From Dictyostelium discoideum (Eukaryota), in the NCBI GenBank assembly GCA_000004695.1, contig CM000150.2:4448001-4512000 (forward strand): 64,000 nucleotides of DNA. Reading direction: 5' to 3'. The first letter of the stretch is position 1. Each line of letters opens with the position of its first letter. Positions 35,000 through 45,231 of this stretch are shown in pieces. Made by a program: the position numbers and the translations under genes. Below the pieces are notes generated by a model, which worked only from the letters and a program-made list of their open reading frames with translations, ran no database searches and had not been told where the DNA came from.

Positions 35000-36724
35000 A
35001 TGAGAAAAAAAATCAAAATTGAATATGAGGAAGAAGATAATGAAAATAATAATAATTTAAGTGATATTACAGAAGATGAAGATAATAGTGATGAAGATTA
35101 TGTTGAAAGAAAGAAAAAACCAACAACTAAAAAAACCAATTCTAAAGTTAAAAAGAATAATACAACCACCACTACTACTACAACCAAAACTTCAATTAAA
35201 GTTAAAGATGAATCAATTGAATCAATTGAATTAAAACCATGTCAACATAGTTTAAAATTACATAAATTTAAAAATAAACAAGAGATTCAAGAGATTAGAG
35301 AATCAATGTTAGGATGGTATGAAAAGAATAAAAGAGATTTACCATGGAGAAAGCATGATAATTCACTTGACGAGAATGTTATAGCTTATAGAGTTTGGGT
35401 ATCAGAGATAATGTTACAACAAACTAGAGTGGCCACTGTAATTGAATACTTTAATAAATGGATTGAAAAATGGCCAACTATCAATGACCTCGCATCTACA
35501 ACAATTGAAGAAGTCAATAAAGTTTGGTCAGGCCTTGGTTATTATAGACGTGCTAAAAACCTATGGTTAGGTTCAAAATATGTAGTTGACAATTTCAATT
35601 CTAAGATTCCATCAGATGTTAAATCATTATTAGAAATCAATGGTATTGGTCCATATACAGCTGGTGCAATTTCATCTATTGCTTTCAATAAACCTGTACC
35701 ATTAGTTGATGGAAATGTAATTAGAGTGTTAAGTCGTGTTAGATCAATTGGTGCAAATCCAAAACTATCTTCAACAGTTAAATTATTTTGGGAATTAGGT
35801 AATGATTTAGTTGAATCTGTTGAAAATCCTTGTAATTTCAATCAATCCCTAATGGAATTGGGTGCCACCATTTGTTCTGTTCAATCACCACAATGTAAAC
35901 AATGTCCAATTCAATCAAATTGTCAAGCATATCAACAAGAGAAACAATTTATAAAACCTGAACCAAAAAATTCAATTTCAAAATTTTTTCAACCAAAAAA
36001 TAATAATAATACAAATGATATAGAATCATCATCATCATCAACAAAACCAATAGTAACATTAAATTTAACTGATATTTGTAAAATTTGTCAAAGTTTTGAA
36101 GATTCTGATGGTCCAACTGAAAGTGTTTGTAGATATCCAAAAAAAGTTTTAAAAACAAAAGCTAGAGATGAAAATGTAAACGTATTTTTAATTCATCAAA
36201 CAAAAAGTAATTTATTTTTATTAACTCAACGTCCTGATACTGGTTTATTAGCATCATTATTTGAAGCACCATCAATTATTGAAGAACTTCAATCAAAAAG
36301 AAAAATTAAAAAAGATAAAGAAGATGATAATAGTGAAGAAGAAGAAGAAGAAAATGATAAAAGTGAAGAAAGTGATGATGATGATGATGAAAAGAATTCT
36401 AAAAAAAGGAAAAAACCAACAACAAAGAAAACAACAAATAAAATAACAAAAGAATTTATAGAAAAAGAAATTTTAAAGAAATTATTTAAATCATCAACAG
36501 ATATAACAATTAAATCTGTTAAATCTATTGGAACAGTTTTACATAAATTCTCACATATTAATCAAACATTAACAGTTTATGATTGTCCATGTGATTTTAA
36601 AAAAGAACCAATTCCAAATGATAAATCTAAAACTAAAAATATTTGTTGGTTAAAACTTGATGAAATTCAATCATCAGTTGGTGTTTCAAAACAAATGTTA
36701 AAATGTTTTGATTTAATAAAATAA
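35000..36724 (+). CDS. A/G-specific adenine DNA glycosylase, MutY/MUTYH homologue. Single exon, 574 aa. Acidic/basic N-terminal extension, HhH-GPD catalytic domain with a [4Fe-4S] cluster loop, C-terminal NUDIX-like 8-oxoG recognition domain with an acidic insert.
   Basis: MutY-family signatures: MLGWYEKNKRDLPWR, AYRVWVSEIMLQQTRVATVIEYFNKWIEKWPT (catalytic Glu in VSEIMLQQT), GLGYYRRAKNL, GIGPYTAGAISSIAF, LVDGNVIRVLSR (catalytic Asp). Fe-S cluster loop is CSVQSPQCKQCPIQSNCQAYQ (C-x6-C-x2-C-x5-C). The C-terminal part reads VFLIHQTKSNLFLLTQRPDTGLLASLFEAPS (NUDIX-like). ATG at 35000. Stop codon included at 36722-36724. Confidence 0.85.
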   Translation: MRKKIKIEYEEEDNENNNNLSDITEDEDNSDEDYVERKKKPTTKKTNSKVKKNNTTTTTTTTKTSIKVKDESIESIELKPCQHSLKLHKFKNKQEIQEIRESMLGWYEKNKRDLPWRKHDNSLDENVIAYRVWVSEIMLQQTRVATVIEYFNKWIEKWPTINDLASTTIEEVNKVWSGLGYYRRAKNLWLGSKYVVDNFNSKIPSDVKSLLEINGIGPYTAGAISSIAFNKPVPLVDGNVIRVLSRVRSIGANPKLSSTVKLFWELGNDLVESVENPCNFNQSLMELGATICSVQSPQCKQCPIQSNCQAYQQEKQFIKPEPKNSISKFFQPKNNNNTNDIESSSSSTKPIVTLNLTDICKICQSFEDSDGPTESVCRYPKKVLKTKARDENVNVFLIHQTKSNLFLLTQRPDTGLLASLFEAPSIIEELQSKRKIKKDKEDDNSEEEEEENDKSEESDDDDDEKNSKKRKKPTTKKTTNKITKEFIEKEILKKLFKSSTDITIKSVKSIGTVLHKFSHINQTLTVYDCPCDFKKEPIPNDKSKTKNICWLKLDEIQSSVGVSKQMLKCFDLIK

Positions 36725-36789
36725 AATTAATCTTTTTTTTATTATTTATTTATTTTATTTTTTATTTTTTATTTTTTATTTTTTATTTT

Positions 36790-37548
36790 TTATTTTAATT
36801 TTACTGATACAGCTTGTCTACCTAATTGTCTCCATCTTTTTAAAAATAAATTTTTAGGATATTTTTCAATTTTACCTGTATGTGGATCAGTGATTATTAC
36901 AACATTTTCAATCTCATCAAATCCTGATAAGGTTGCACAATGTTCAGGTGATACCCAATAAAGTGGTTGTGATTGATTTTTAATATCAAACCATTCATCA
37001 GTAATTTTTGGTTCTTTTAATTCTAATGTCATCCAAATTATAATTGGTGCGTTATTAAATATCATATGATTTTTTAAAATTTCAAAATCTTCTTCACCAT
37101 TATTATTATTATTATCATCATTTTCAAAATAATTTAATCTTGATTCAATATAATCTTTAGTTTCATTTTGTTTAATTAAATATTTAAATTTATTTATATT
37201 TGTTTGTGTTAAATCAATTACTTCAATATGTTGATTTTCATTATCTTGATATATAACTTCTTTTATTAAATTATAAATTGGTTTATGAAATATACCAAAT
37301 GATTCTTTTGAATAAGGTGATCCAATAAATGCACGATATGGATTACCACAAAAATTTGTAATTGGGTCTGGGTCTTGTTCTTTTATAATCTTATCTGCTA
37401 ATGATTCATTTGTAATTTTATATGTACTAATATTTAAATTATGACTTTTAATTAATGAATTTAATAATATTGATGTTGCTGTAACTTCACAACCAGTTGG
37501 TAATAAAGGATATTGATTTTGTGCTTTTGTTTCAATTTCAACTATCAT
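36790..37548 (-). CDS. Papain-fold, peptidase C39-like domain protein (BtrH/C39_2-like). Single exon, 252 aa. Function unknown.
   Basis: The N-terminal Q...C motif reads ETKAQNQYPLLPTGCEVTATSILLNSL, with Gln then Cys at the head of a helix as in C39-like peptidases. The C-terminal His/Asp motif reads YWVSPEHCATLSGFDEIENVVIITDPHTG, with His followed by Gly-aromatic-Asp. The assignment is by motif pattern only. Confidence 0.4.
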   Translation of the reverse strand: MIVEIETKAQNQYPLLPTGCEVTATSILLNSLIKSHNLNISTYKITNESLADKIIKEQDPDPITNFCGNPYRAFIGSPYSKESFGIFHKPIYNLIKEVIYQDNENQHIEVIDLTQTNINKFKYLIKQNETKDYIESRLNYFENDDNNNNNGEEDFEILKNHMIFNNAPIIIWMTLELKEPKITDEWFDIKNQSQPLYWVSPEHCATLSGFDEIENVVIITDPHTGKIEKYPKNLFLKRWRQLGRQAVSVKLK

Positions 37549-37668
37549 GTTGTAAAAATAAAAAAAAAATAAAAAATAAAAAATAAAAAATATCCAAAAT
37601 GCATTTTTTTTTCAAACACCCAATTTTTTCATTTTTTTTTTTTTTTTTTTTTATTATTTAAAATTAAA
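37549..37668. promoter_or_regulatory. 120-bp divergent intergenic region between the C39-like gene (minus, ATG 37548) and the FNIP gene (plus, ATG 37669). Putative bidirectional promoter with oligo(A)/oligo(T) tracts.
   Basis: Both start codons face away from this short A/T-homopolymer-rich segment: aaaaataaaaaataaaaaat...tttttttttttttttttttt. Promoter function is inferred from the arrangement only. Confidence 0.35.
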
Positions 37669-38508
37669 ATGCAAGAAAATGATAAACTATTCTTTAAAGT
37701 TTGGAGAAACATAACAATATTAAATGAAATAATTTATCATTTAAGATTATATAGAGATAATTATAAAAAAGAATTTAAAAATTTAAAAGAGTTTAATTTT
37801 TATCAGTTTAGAGACTATATTTCAGAATTAGTTTTAGTTGATAGTAATGATGATGATTTAAATAATAATGATGGTGATAATAATAATGATGATGATTTAA
37901 ATTATTTAAAAAATTCAATTACATCATTAACTTTTAATGATAAATTTAATGAACAATTAAATAAAAGTAATTTCAGTTTAAAGAATTCTTCAATAAAAAC
38001 TTTAAAATTTGGTAAAATGTATAATAAAAAACTAGATTATGATTTATTACCAAATGGTTTAACAAGTTTAATATTTAATAAATTATATGATCAACCAATT
38101 TTACCAAATTATATACCATCTTCAGTAACAAATTTAGAGAATCCATATTTTTCAAAGCAAGAGGATTTGAATAAAGGTATTATACCATCATCTGTTAAAA
38201 TATTAAAATTTGATGATTCATTTAATTTTCCATTAGAAAATGGTTTTATACCTAAAAATGTTACAGATTTAACATTTGGTATTGCATTTAATATGATATT
38301 AAAAAAAGGTGATATTCCATTTGGTTGTAAATCAATTACATTTGGAATTTGTTATAATCAACCTTTAATACCATTTGAAAGTATACCTTTATCTGTTGTT
38401 AATGTTAATTTTGGTTTATGTTTTTCTCAACCAATTAAACCAGGTGATATTCAAAATAGTTTAGCAATAATAAAATTTAGTTTAAATAGGAAAATTTTAA
38501 ATAAATGA
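37669..38508 (+). CDS. FNIP-repeat-containing protein (Dictyostelium-specific family). 279 aa, single exon.
   Basis: The N-terminus KLFFKVWRNITILNEIIYHLRLY is typical of FNIP proteins. Tandem FNIP repeats follow: LPNGLTSLIFNKLYDQPILPNYIPSSVTNL, IPSSVKILKFDDSFNFPLENGFIPKNVTDLTFGIAFNMILKKGDIPFGCKSITFGICYNQPLIPFESIPLSVVNVNFGLCFSQPIKPGDI (FG..FNQPI..G.IP.S). Stop codon included. Confidence 0.75.
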   Translation: MQENDKLFFKVWRNITILNEIIYHLRLYRDNYKKEFKNLKEFNFYQFRDYISELVLVDSNDDDLNNNDGDNNNDDDLNYLKNSITSLTFNDKFNEQLNKSNFSLKNSSIKTLKFGKMYNKKLDYDLLPNGLTSLIFNKLYDQPILPNYIPSSVTNLENPYFSKQEDLNKGIIPSSVKILKFDDSFNFPLENGFIPKNVTDLTFGIAFNMILKKGDIPFGCKSITFGICYNQPLIPFESIPLSVVNVNFGLCFSQPIKPGDIQNSLAIIKFSLNRKILNK

Positions 38509-38596
38509 TAAAAAAAAATTATTATTATTATTTTTTTTTTTTTTTTTTTTTTTTTTTTATTTTTATAAAATTATATATATATATTAATAAAATATT

Positions 38597-41500
38597 TTAT
38601 CTTCTTGGTTTTCTTGTTATATAAACAAATGTAATAACCATAAGAGTATTAAATATCCAGAAACAAATAATAAGAGCTAAATTTCTCCATCTATTATCAA
38701 ATGACCAACCAAGTGTATTATAATATTCTTCACCATTGTTGTAAAGACAATAACCACATTTACTTTCATCACCTTCATTTATTGCTTCAACATAACCTGT
38801 TAATGGTTCTGAAATTGGGAAATATTGTTTACATGTCACACCATTTACAGCTTCTGGATTTGTAAAATGAGTGAAATCTTCTGATGTACACTTTACATCG
38901 GTATGTTTTAATACATTTGTAACAATACCTTCCATAAAGTAACGACATGGGTTTAAATGATACACCCATCCTCTCCAAAAGGTTGGAATTGACGATGGTA
39001 TTACCATTACTCCACAGAAAAGAAATAGGAAAACAATTAACAATGGAATGAGTGTATGTGCTAAAAACATGTTGAAACAAATTGCAGCTACAGCTTGACC
39101 GAAACTAACACAGAAATAGAGGAATAAAATGAAAATGAACCAAAAATAAAAATTAATATCATTGTATTCCGTATTTAAACCAGCTGTCCAAAAAGAGCAA
39201 AAGAAGAAAATTGTACCTGAAACTGTAATGAATGGTAATTCTACAACCACAATGGAAATTGCAAATGGGAACCAAGAATAAAATTTCGAAGCAAAATCTC
39301 TTTTAAAGTATTCTTTTTGCATAATGAATTGTGGAAGTACAACGAAAATTAATAAGATTCCAAGAATGAGTGCTTCAAAAATAAAGAATACACGTTGATT
39401 CATATCTGAACTTGATCCTTGTAATGACCAAAAAGTAAAACCAATAATTAAACCTGCAAGAGCTGATTGAATGAATGAACCATACGTATAGAATGGATCT
39501 CTCCACCAAATTAAATTTAAACGTTTATAAACTTCAATAGTTTGATACCATACTGATGTTGCAAATTCTCTAGGTTTACCATGGTCCTCGGTTGATGATG
39601 GTCCTGCTGCTTCCAATGCTGCTAATTCACGCTCAATCTCTTGTAATTCTGGTGATTGTTTCCAAGTTTCTGGCCAATTAACATCACTTTTACCATGTAC
39701 ACCTGCACCAGTTGCTTCTAAAATATATTCTGCTGGATTTTCACTTTCAGTACATGGACGAACACCATATCTTTCGAAATAAGATGTTAAAGTTTTTGAT
39801 CTTTCACCAATATCACCAAAGTAAACAGTTTTACCACCTTTTGCTAATAAAAGAATACGATCAAAATGTTCAAATAATACTGAAGAAGGTTGATGAATTG
39901 TACAAACTAATGGCATACCAGCATCTGCTAATTTACGAATAAATTTAACAATGTTATATGATGATTGAGCATCTAAACCTGATGTTGGTTCATCAAGGAA
40001 AAGAATATGTGGTTTTGCAACCAATTCTACACCAATTGTTAATCTTTTTCTTTCTTCAACGGAAATACCAACACCAGTTTCTAATGTACCAATTAAAGCA
40101 TCACCTAAATGTTTCATTTCCATCATTTCTAAAACATGTTCAACATAATCAAACTTTTCTTCTAATGAAACTGAAGGTTCTTGACGTAACTTTGCAGAGA
40201 AACGTAATGCTTCTCTTACGGTTAAACCTGGATTATGAACATCCATTTGTTCTACATAACCGGTAATACGTTCAAAATCAATTTCTAATGGTTTACCATT
40301 AAGGAAACATTTACCTTGAACTTCACCCATTGTTTTTCTTTTTGCTAATACATCGAGTAATGTTGTTTTACCAGCACCTGATGAACCCATTAATGCTGTC
40401 ATTTGACCTGGTTTAATCCAACCTTCAACATTATCTAATAGTAATCTTTTTCCACCTTTTACTGGTACAGTATAATTAATATTTTGCCAAGTGAAAATAC
40501 CACCTCTCATTTTTAAAGTATCTTTCATTTTACTTGTAGCATTTGCAACTATTTGATTTTGTTTCTTTTCTTCCTCAGCATCATTCATTTTTGGAGCTTT
40601 ACCTTTTTTATAAACTTTATGACTATAACCTCCACCAGTCCAATCGAAATATTCCATTGCAAACATATTCATAGCGGTAAATAGTACCCACCAAAGATAA
40701 GTGATGAAAACATTTTGAGTAAGATCATCTGATCTAAAGTGTAAATACTGATCCAAATAATCTTTACCTTCAACACTTAAAATACCTTCAACAGCACCAG
40801 GCGATGCACAAACTCTATAATCATTGTCGTATCTTGTAGGATTTTTTGGATCAAATGGAATTGCTGTATCATGACAATCAAATGATAAATCACCAAATTC
40901 ATTTGCCATAAGTGCTTTAAAAGCATAACTGAACGGATTTGCCCAATAAAACCAAGCAAACCATGGATGCATTTTTGGTTTTGGAATTGTATAACCACAA
41001 TATGTAATCATAAAGATAAGAATTACATTCATTACATTTTGACTAATGTAAAGTGATGGTGAGAAATTACCAAAGACACGGAAAAGATTTGTTGTTGCCA
41101 ATGTTGCACCTACTAATGTAAAACAGAAAATAAAGAATTTCCCAGCATTATATTGTAAACCAAACATAAAGTAAACTACAATTGAGAATAAAAATACTTG
41201 TATCATCGTTAAGGGTATATCAGTTACAATTTGTGCAATATGTAAAGCTGATGGACGATACATAGCGTAAGAACGTTGCTTTTGTAAAATACGACGACCA
41301 TACATAGTAAGTGGTAGTTCGGCTTCACTAAGGAAAGCATTGAATAGAATAGCTGAAAATATAGCACCACCTCTTGTAAATAAACCAGGAATTGTTTTTT
41401 CCATTTGAAAGAAAATTGAACCATAAACAAATGATTGAGTAAATACTGAAAGATAACGTGAAATCAATGAGAATTTATCACCCCAAATAATTTGAGAATT

Positions 41501-43085
41501 TCTAACGATTAATGCTTTGACTTGAGTTATATATGAAGTTGTATAAATTGATCTCTTTGGTGTAGTTCTACTTTTTTCAGCTTTAACTTCTTGAATGAAA
41601 TCAACTGCTGGTTGTTCAATTTCAATCTTTCTTTCATATTCTTTTTGTTCCTCTAACATATCTCTATACATTGAAGAGTTTCTCCAAGCAGCTTCAAAAT
41701 CGGCAGAAGTTTCTGGAACACGACCTTCAAATCCTTGTCTAATAATACGTTCTTGTGGATTTGTAACACCTGTCAAAAAATCTGGTGTTGATTTTCTTGG
41801 TTCGCAATCGAATCCTAAATCTATAAAATATTGTTTTGCTTTATTGCCAGGTCCAAAATAAATTAATCTACCTTTTTCAATGATTGCGACATTATCAAAT
41901 AAATTATAGATTGAATCTGATGCTTGATAAAATGATGCGATTGTTGTCTTATCTAATGTATCTGACATGATACGAATTGATTTTGCATAATCTAATGCAC
42001 TTGCTGCATCAAGACCACGAGTTGAACAATCATAACATGTAATTGATGCTGATGATACCATTGCTTCTGTAATTGTTAATCTTTTACGTTCACCACCTGA
42101 TAAACCTCTAATAAATTCATTACCAACAATCTTAAAAAAAAAAATAATTAATATCAATTAATAAATTAATTTTATTAAAAACTAAATACTTACAGTATCA
42201 GCTTGATGAACAATACCAAACATTCCTAATAATAAATCAAATATTTTTTGTCTATATGTACGTTTCTTTTCATCTGGCAAACGATTATGAATTGTTTTGC
42301 ATTTTAATGCGAAATCTAAAGTCTGACGAACTGTTAAAGTTGGATGATGAGTATCCTCTTCTGGTGTATAAATTGATTCACCTTGATAACGTTTCCATTC
42401 TTTCGCTGGGATACCACCATATTTAATATCACCTTTAACTTCAACATATGATCCTCTTTGATTTGATATTAAACGCAATAATGTCTATTGTAGTGAAAAT
42501 AAACATTATTAATATTATTTCTAAAAAATATATAAACACATATAAATTTATAATATTTACCGAACAACCAGAACCAGGACGACCTAATACTAATAACATT
42601 CCACCATCTCTATTGAATAAAGTAATATCATGAAGAATATCAAAAGTACTACCTTTCTCTTTCCAAGTTGATGGTTTAAACAAATTGAAAAAACTAATGA
42701 ATGGAGTTGACATATCGGCAATGACGGATTGATCAGCACCTCTACCAACAACTGTTAAATTTCTAATTGAAACACCCATTTTCTTTGGTTTTTGACCATT
42801 TCCTAATGCCATACGTTGAGAATTTTCAAAGTATCTTCTTAATTTAAAATCTTCATCATTTTCATCATGATTATTTTCAGCATCATGACCTGCCAAATAT
42901 TGTTTTGAATCGATTTCCAATTCTCTTTCGACATTTTTAAATTGATTTTCACTCTTTTGAATATCTGGTGAATCTGGTGGTGATGATCCATCACCAACAG
43001 GATTATCATAATTTGGAGGTGTATTAATATCTAAATTACTCCCACCTTCTTGAAGAGCAATTTCTCTTAATTCATATTCTTCCAT
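38597..43085 (-). CDS. Full-size ABC transporter, G subfamily / PDR type (NBD-TMD-NBD-TMD), copy 1. Exons: 43085..42561 (ATG at 43085, phase 0 end), 42484..42194, 42130..38597 (stop included). Introns: 42560..42485 (GTAAAT...CAATAG) and 42193..42131 (GTAAGT...TTTAAG). 1449 aa.
   Basis: Exon 1 ends ...[11 protein letters not shown] then gtaaat. This is the PDR-type degenerate Walker A with Cys in place of Lys. Exon 2 reads [30 protein letters not shown]...GIVHQADT then gtaagt. Exon 3 begins [24 protein letters not shown] (ABC signature), continues through TMD1, NBD2 ([53 protein letters not shown]) and TMD2 with PDR-like extracellular Cys motifs. The listed ORFs 42441..43085, 42182..42478 and 38597..42157 are the three exons. 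Their M starts at 42478 and 42157 are alternative-start artifacts of the ORF caller. Confidence 0.85.
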
Positions 43086-43751
43086 TATATTTGTATATAT
43101 GGAAAAATAATGAATTTAAATTTAATCTTTATTTTTTTTTTTTCTTAAATTTATAAAAAAAAAAAAAAAATATAATTAAAATACAGAGATATATAAATAA
43201 TAATATAATAAATACAGAGATATATAAATAATAAAAAAAAAAAAAAAAAAAGTTAGTATTTAAATTTTTAAACAGAAAAAAAATAAAAAAATAAAAAAAT
43301 AAAATTAATTAAATATTAAAATTTAGATTAACAATGTTGTTATATATAAACATAAATCGAAATTTTGTTTTTAAGTGATGCAATTTAGCGAAGTAAAGAA
43401 TCATATTATTTTTTTTATTAAAAAAATGGGGTGTATTTGTGTGGGTAAAGAATAAATTAGAACAATAAGAATGTGGGGGTAATGGTGTTAAAAAGCAAAT
43501 TATATTTTTATTATTTTTATTATTTTTATTTTTATTTTTATTATTATTATTTATATTATTTTTATTACTATTATTGTTGCAATTAAAAAAATAAAAATAA
43601 AATTGTATAGATAATTTTACATTTAATTGACTTTTAATTTTACTTTAATCCAAAAATATTTTAATTTTACTTTAATCCAAAAATATTTTAGAATAATTAA
43701 TTATATGTATATATTAAATTTAATTTAATGAAAAAAAAAAAAAAAAAAAAA

Positions 43752-43990
43752 AAAAAAAGATAAAGTAAAATAATTTATAGTAATTTTATTTTTCTAAAAA
43801 AAAAAAAAAAGATTAAAAATGAAAATTCGAAAAAATTATTAATATATTATAAATATTTTTTTTATTTATATGATTAATGTTGGCGCATTCAATCGTTCAA
43901 AAACTAATCTAAAAGTCCAAATTTGGTTCGGAAAAGTCCCTATTTTAATAAACAATCAAAAATCCACTTTTAGAAATTTATTTTAAAATG
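43752..43990. repeat. Left arm of a roughly 240-bp inverted repeat. Partner is at 44689-44925.
   Basis: The reverse complement of 43865-43990 (cattttaaaataaatttctaaaagtggatttttgattgtttattaaaatagggacttttccgaaccaaatttggacttttagattagtttttgaacgattgaatgcgccaacattaatcatataaa) matches 44689-44815 (cattttaaaataaatttctaaaaatggattttgattgtttattaaaatagggacttttccaaaacaaaatttggacttttatattaacttttgaaagattgaatacaccaacattaatcatataaa) at about 90%. The similarity continues outward (atatattaataattttttcgaattttc versus atatattaataattttttggaattttc, and aaattactataaat...attttact on both sides). Confidence 0.8.
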
Positions 43991-44586
43991 TTGTAATGAG
44001 ATGGTTTTTTTAAAAAAAATAAAATAAATAATTAAAATTAATTGGAAATCGCTATCAAGATGTCATTTAGAAGCTTTTTTTTTCAGATCCAAAATTAATT
44101 TAATTAAAAATATTTAAAAAAAAAATAAAAAAAAATAAAAAAAAATTAAAAAAAAAAAAATAAAAAAGAAAAAATAAAAAATAATAAAAAAAAAAATTAA
44201 AAAAAAATAAAATTAAAAATAATAAAATTAAATTTAATAAAATTTGGAAAAACGATGTTGCAATAGATGAGGCTCATTAATGACACTATAACCTTATTCC
44301 AAAAAATAAATAACCCCACAGTTATTTTTTTGTATTTTTTTTTTTTTTTTTTATTTTAAAATTGAATCATAAAATATTATTTAGAACCATTCTGAATAAT
44401 TCTTTTTTATTTGAATACCTGGTGTTTAAGAAAAAAAATAAAAAAAAATAAAAAAAAAAGTAAAATGGGAAAATAATTTGATTGGAAAAAAAAAAAATAA
44501 AAAAATTTAATAAAAAGGTTATTTTTTTTTTATTGTTATTTAATATTTTTATTAATTTTATTTTTTATATTATTATTATTATTATT

Positions 44587-44680
44587 TTTTCCATCTGTTT
44601 TCAAATGACCAACCAAGTGTATACTGTGGTGAAGAATATTATAATCCCCATTGTTGTAAGACAATAACCACATCTCATTA
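44587..44680 (-). pseudogene. About 95-bp degenerate fragment of the 3' terminal exon of an abcG/PDR gene. It corresponds to the ...RWRNLA.. region near the stop and abuts the right inverted-repeat arm.
   Basis: ccatctgttttcaaatgaccaaccaagtgtat...ccccattgttgtaagacaataaccacat matches copy 1 at 38690-38770 (ccatctattatcaaatgaccaaccaagtgtattataatattcttcaccattgttgtaaagacaataaccacat). A 20-nt internal segment is inverted (gtggtgaagaatattataat). There is no open frame and the rest of the gene is absent. Confidence 0.6.
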
Positions 44681-44688
44681 GGACATTT

Positions 44689-44925
44689 TAAAATAAATTT
44701 CTAAAAATGGATTTTGATTGTTTATTAAAATAGGGACTTTTCCAAAACAAAATTTGGACTTTTATATTAACTTTTGAAAGATTGAATACACCAACATTAA
44801 TCATATAAATAAAAAAAAAAAAAAAAAATCTGAAATATATTAATAATTTTTTGGAATTTTCTTTTTTGATCTTTTTTTTATATTTTAAAATTAAATTACT
44901 ATAAATATTTTACTAATTTTTAAAG
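44689..44925. repeat. Right arm of the roughly 240-bp inverted repeat. Partner is at 43752-43990.
   Basis: See the left-arm evidence. The arms face each other across a spacer of about 700 bp that is mostly A/T homopolymers, plus the abcG fragment. Confidence 0.8.
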
Positions 44926-45231
44926 GTCAATAAAATGATTAATAGGTACCTTATTACATAATTATATTTCAAATTGTTCTACTAAAATGACATATGGCGT
45001 TGATGATTAATAAAAACTTCAATTATTTTCGAACATCATTCCAACAAATCATTTTTATAGTAGGAATTTTGAAAAAAAAAAAAAATAATAAACAATAAAC
45101 AATAAACAATAAAATTAATATATTTTTTTTTATTGTTAAATATTATTATTAATTTTATTTTATTGTTTATAATTATTATTTATTTATTTATTTTTTATTT
45201 ATTTTTTATTTATTTTTTTTTGGTTGAGATT

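Noticed and set aside
35542-36446. ORFs 35542..35841(-), 35949..36158(-), 36261..36446(+) inside the MutY gene
   Set aside because: Overlapping out-of-frame or antisense ORFs within a well-supported 574-aa coding sequence.
39712-41861. Plus-strand ORFs 39712..39942, 39958..40266, 41595..41861 and their near-identical twins 46497..46727, 46743..47051, 48465..48731
   Set aside because: Antisense ORFs inside the two abcG genes. They are useful only as a readout of the roughly 98% identity between the paralogues, and they are not genes. Likewise 38829..39080(-), 40777..40998(-), 41224..41430(-) and 46088..46294(-) are out-of-frame ORFs within the abcG exons.
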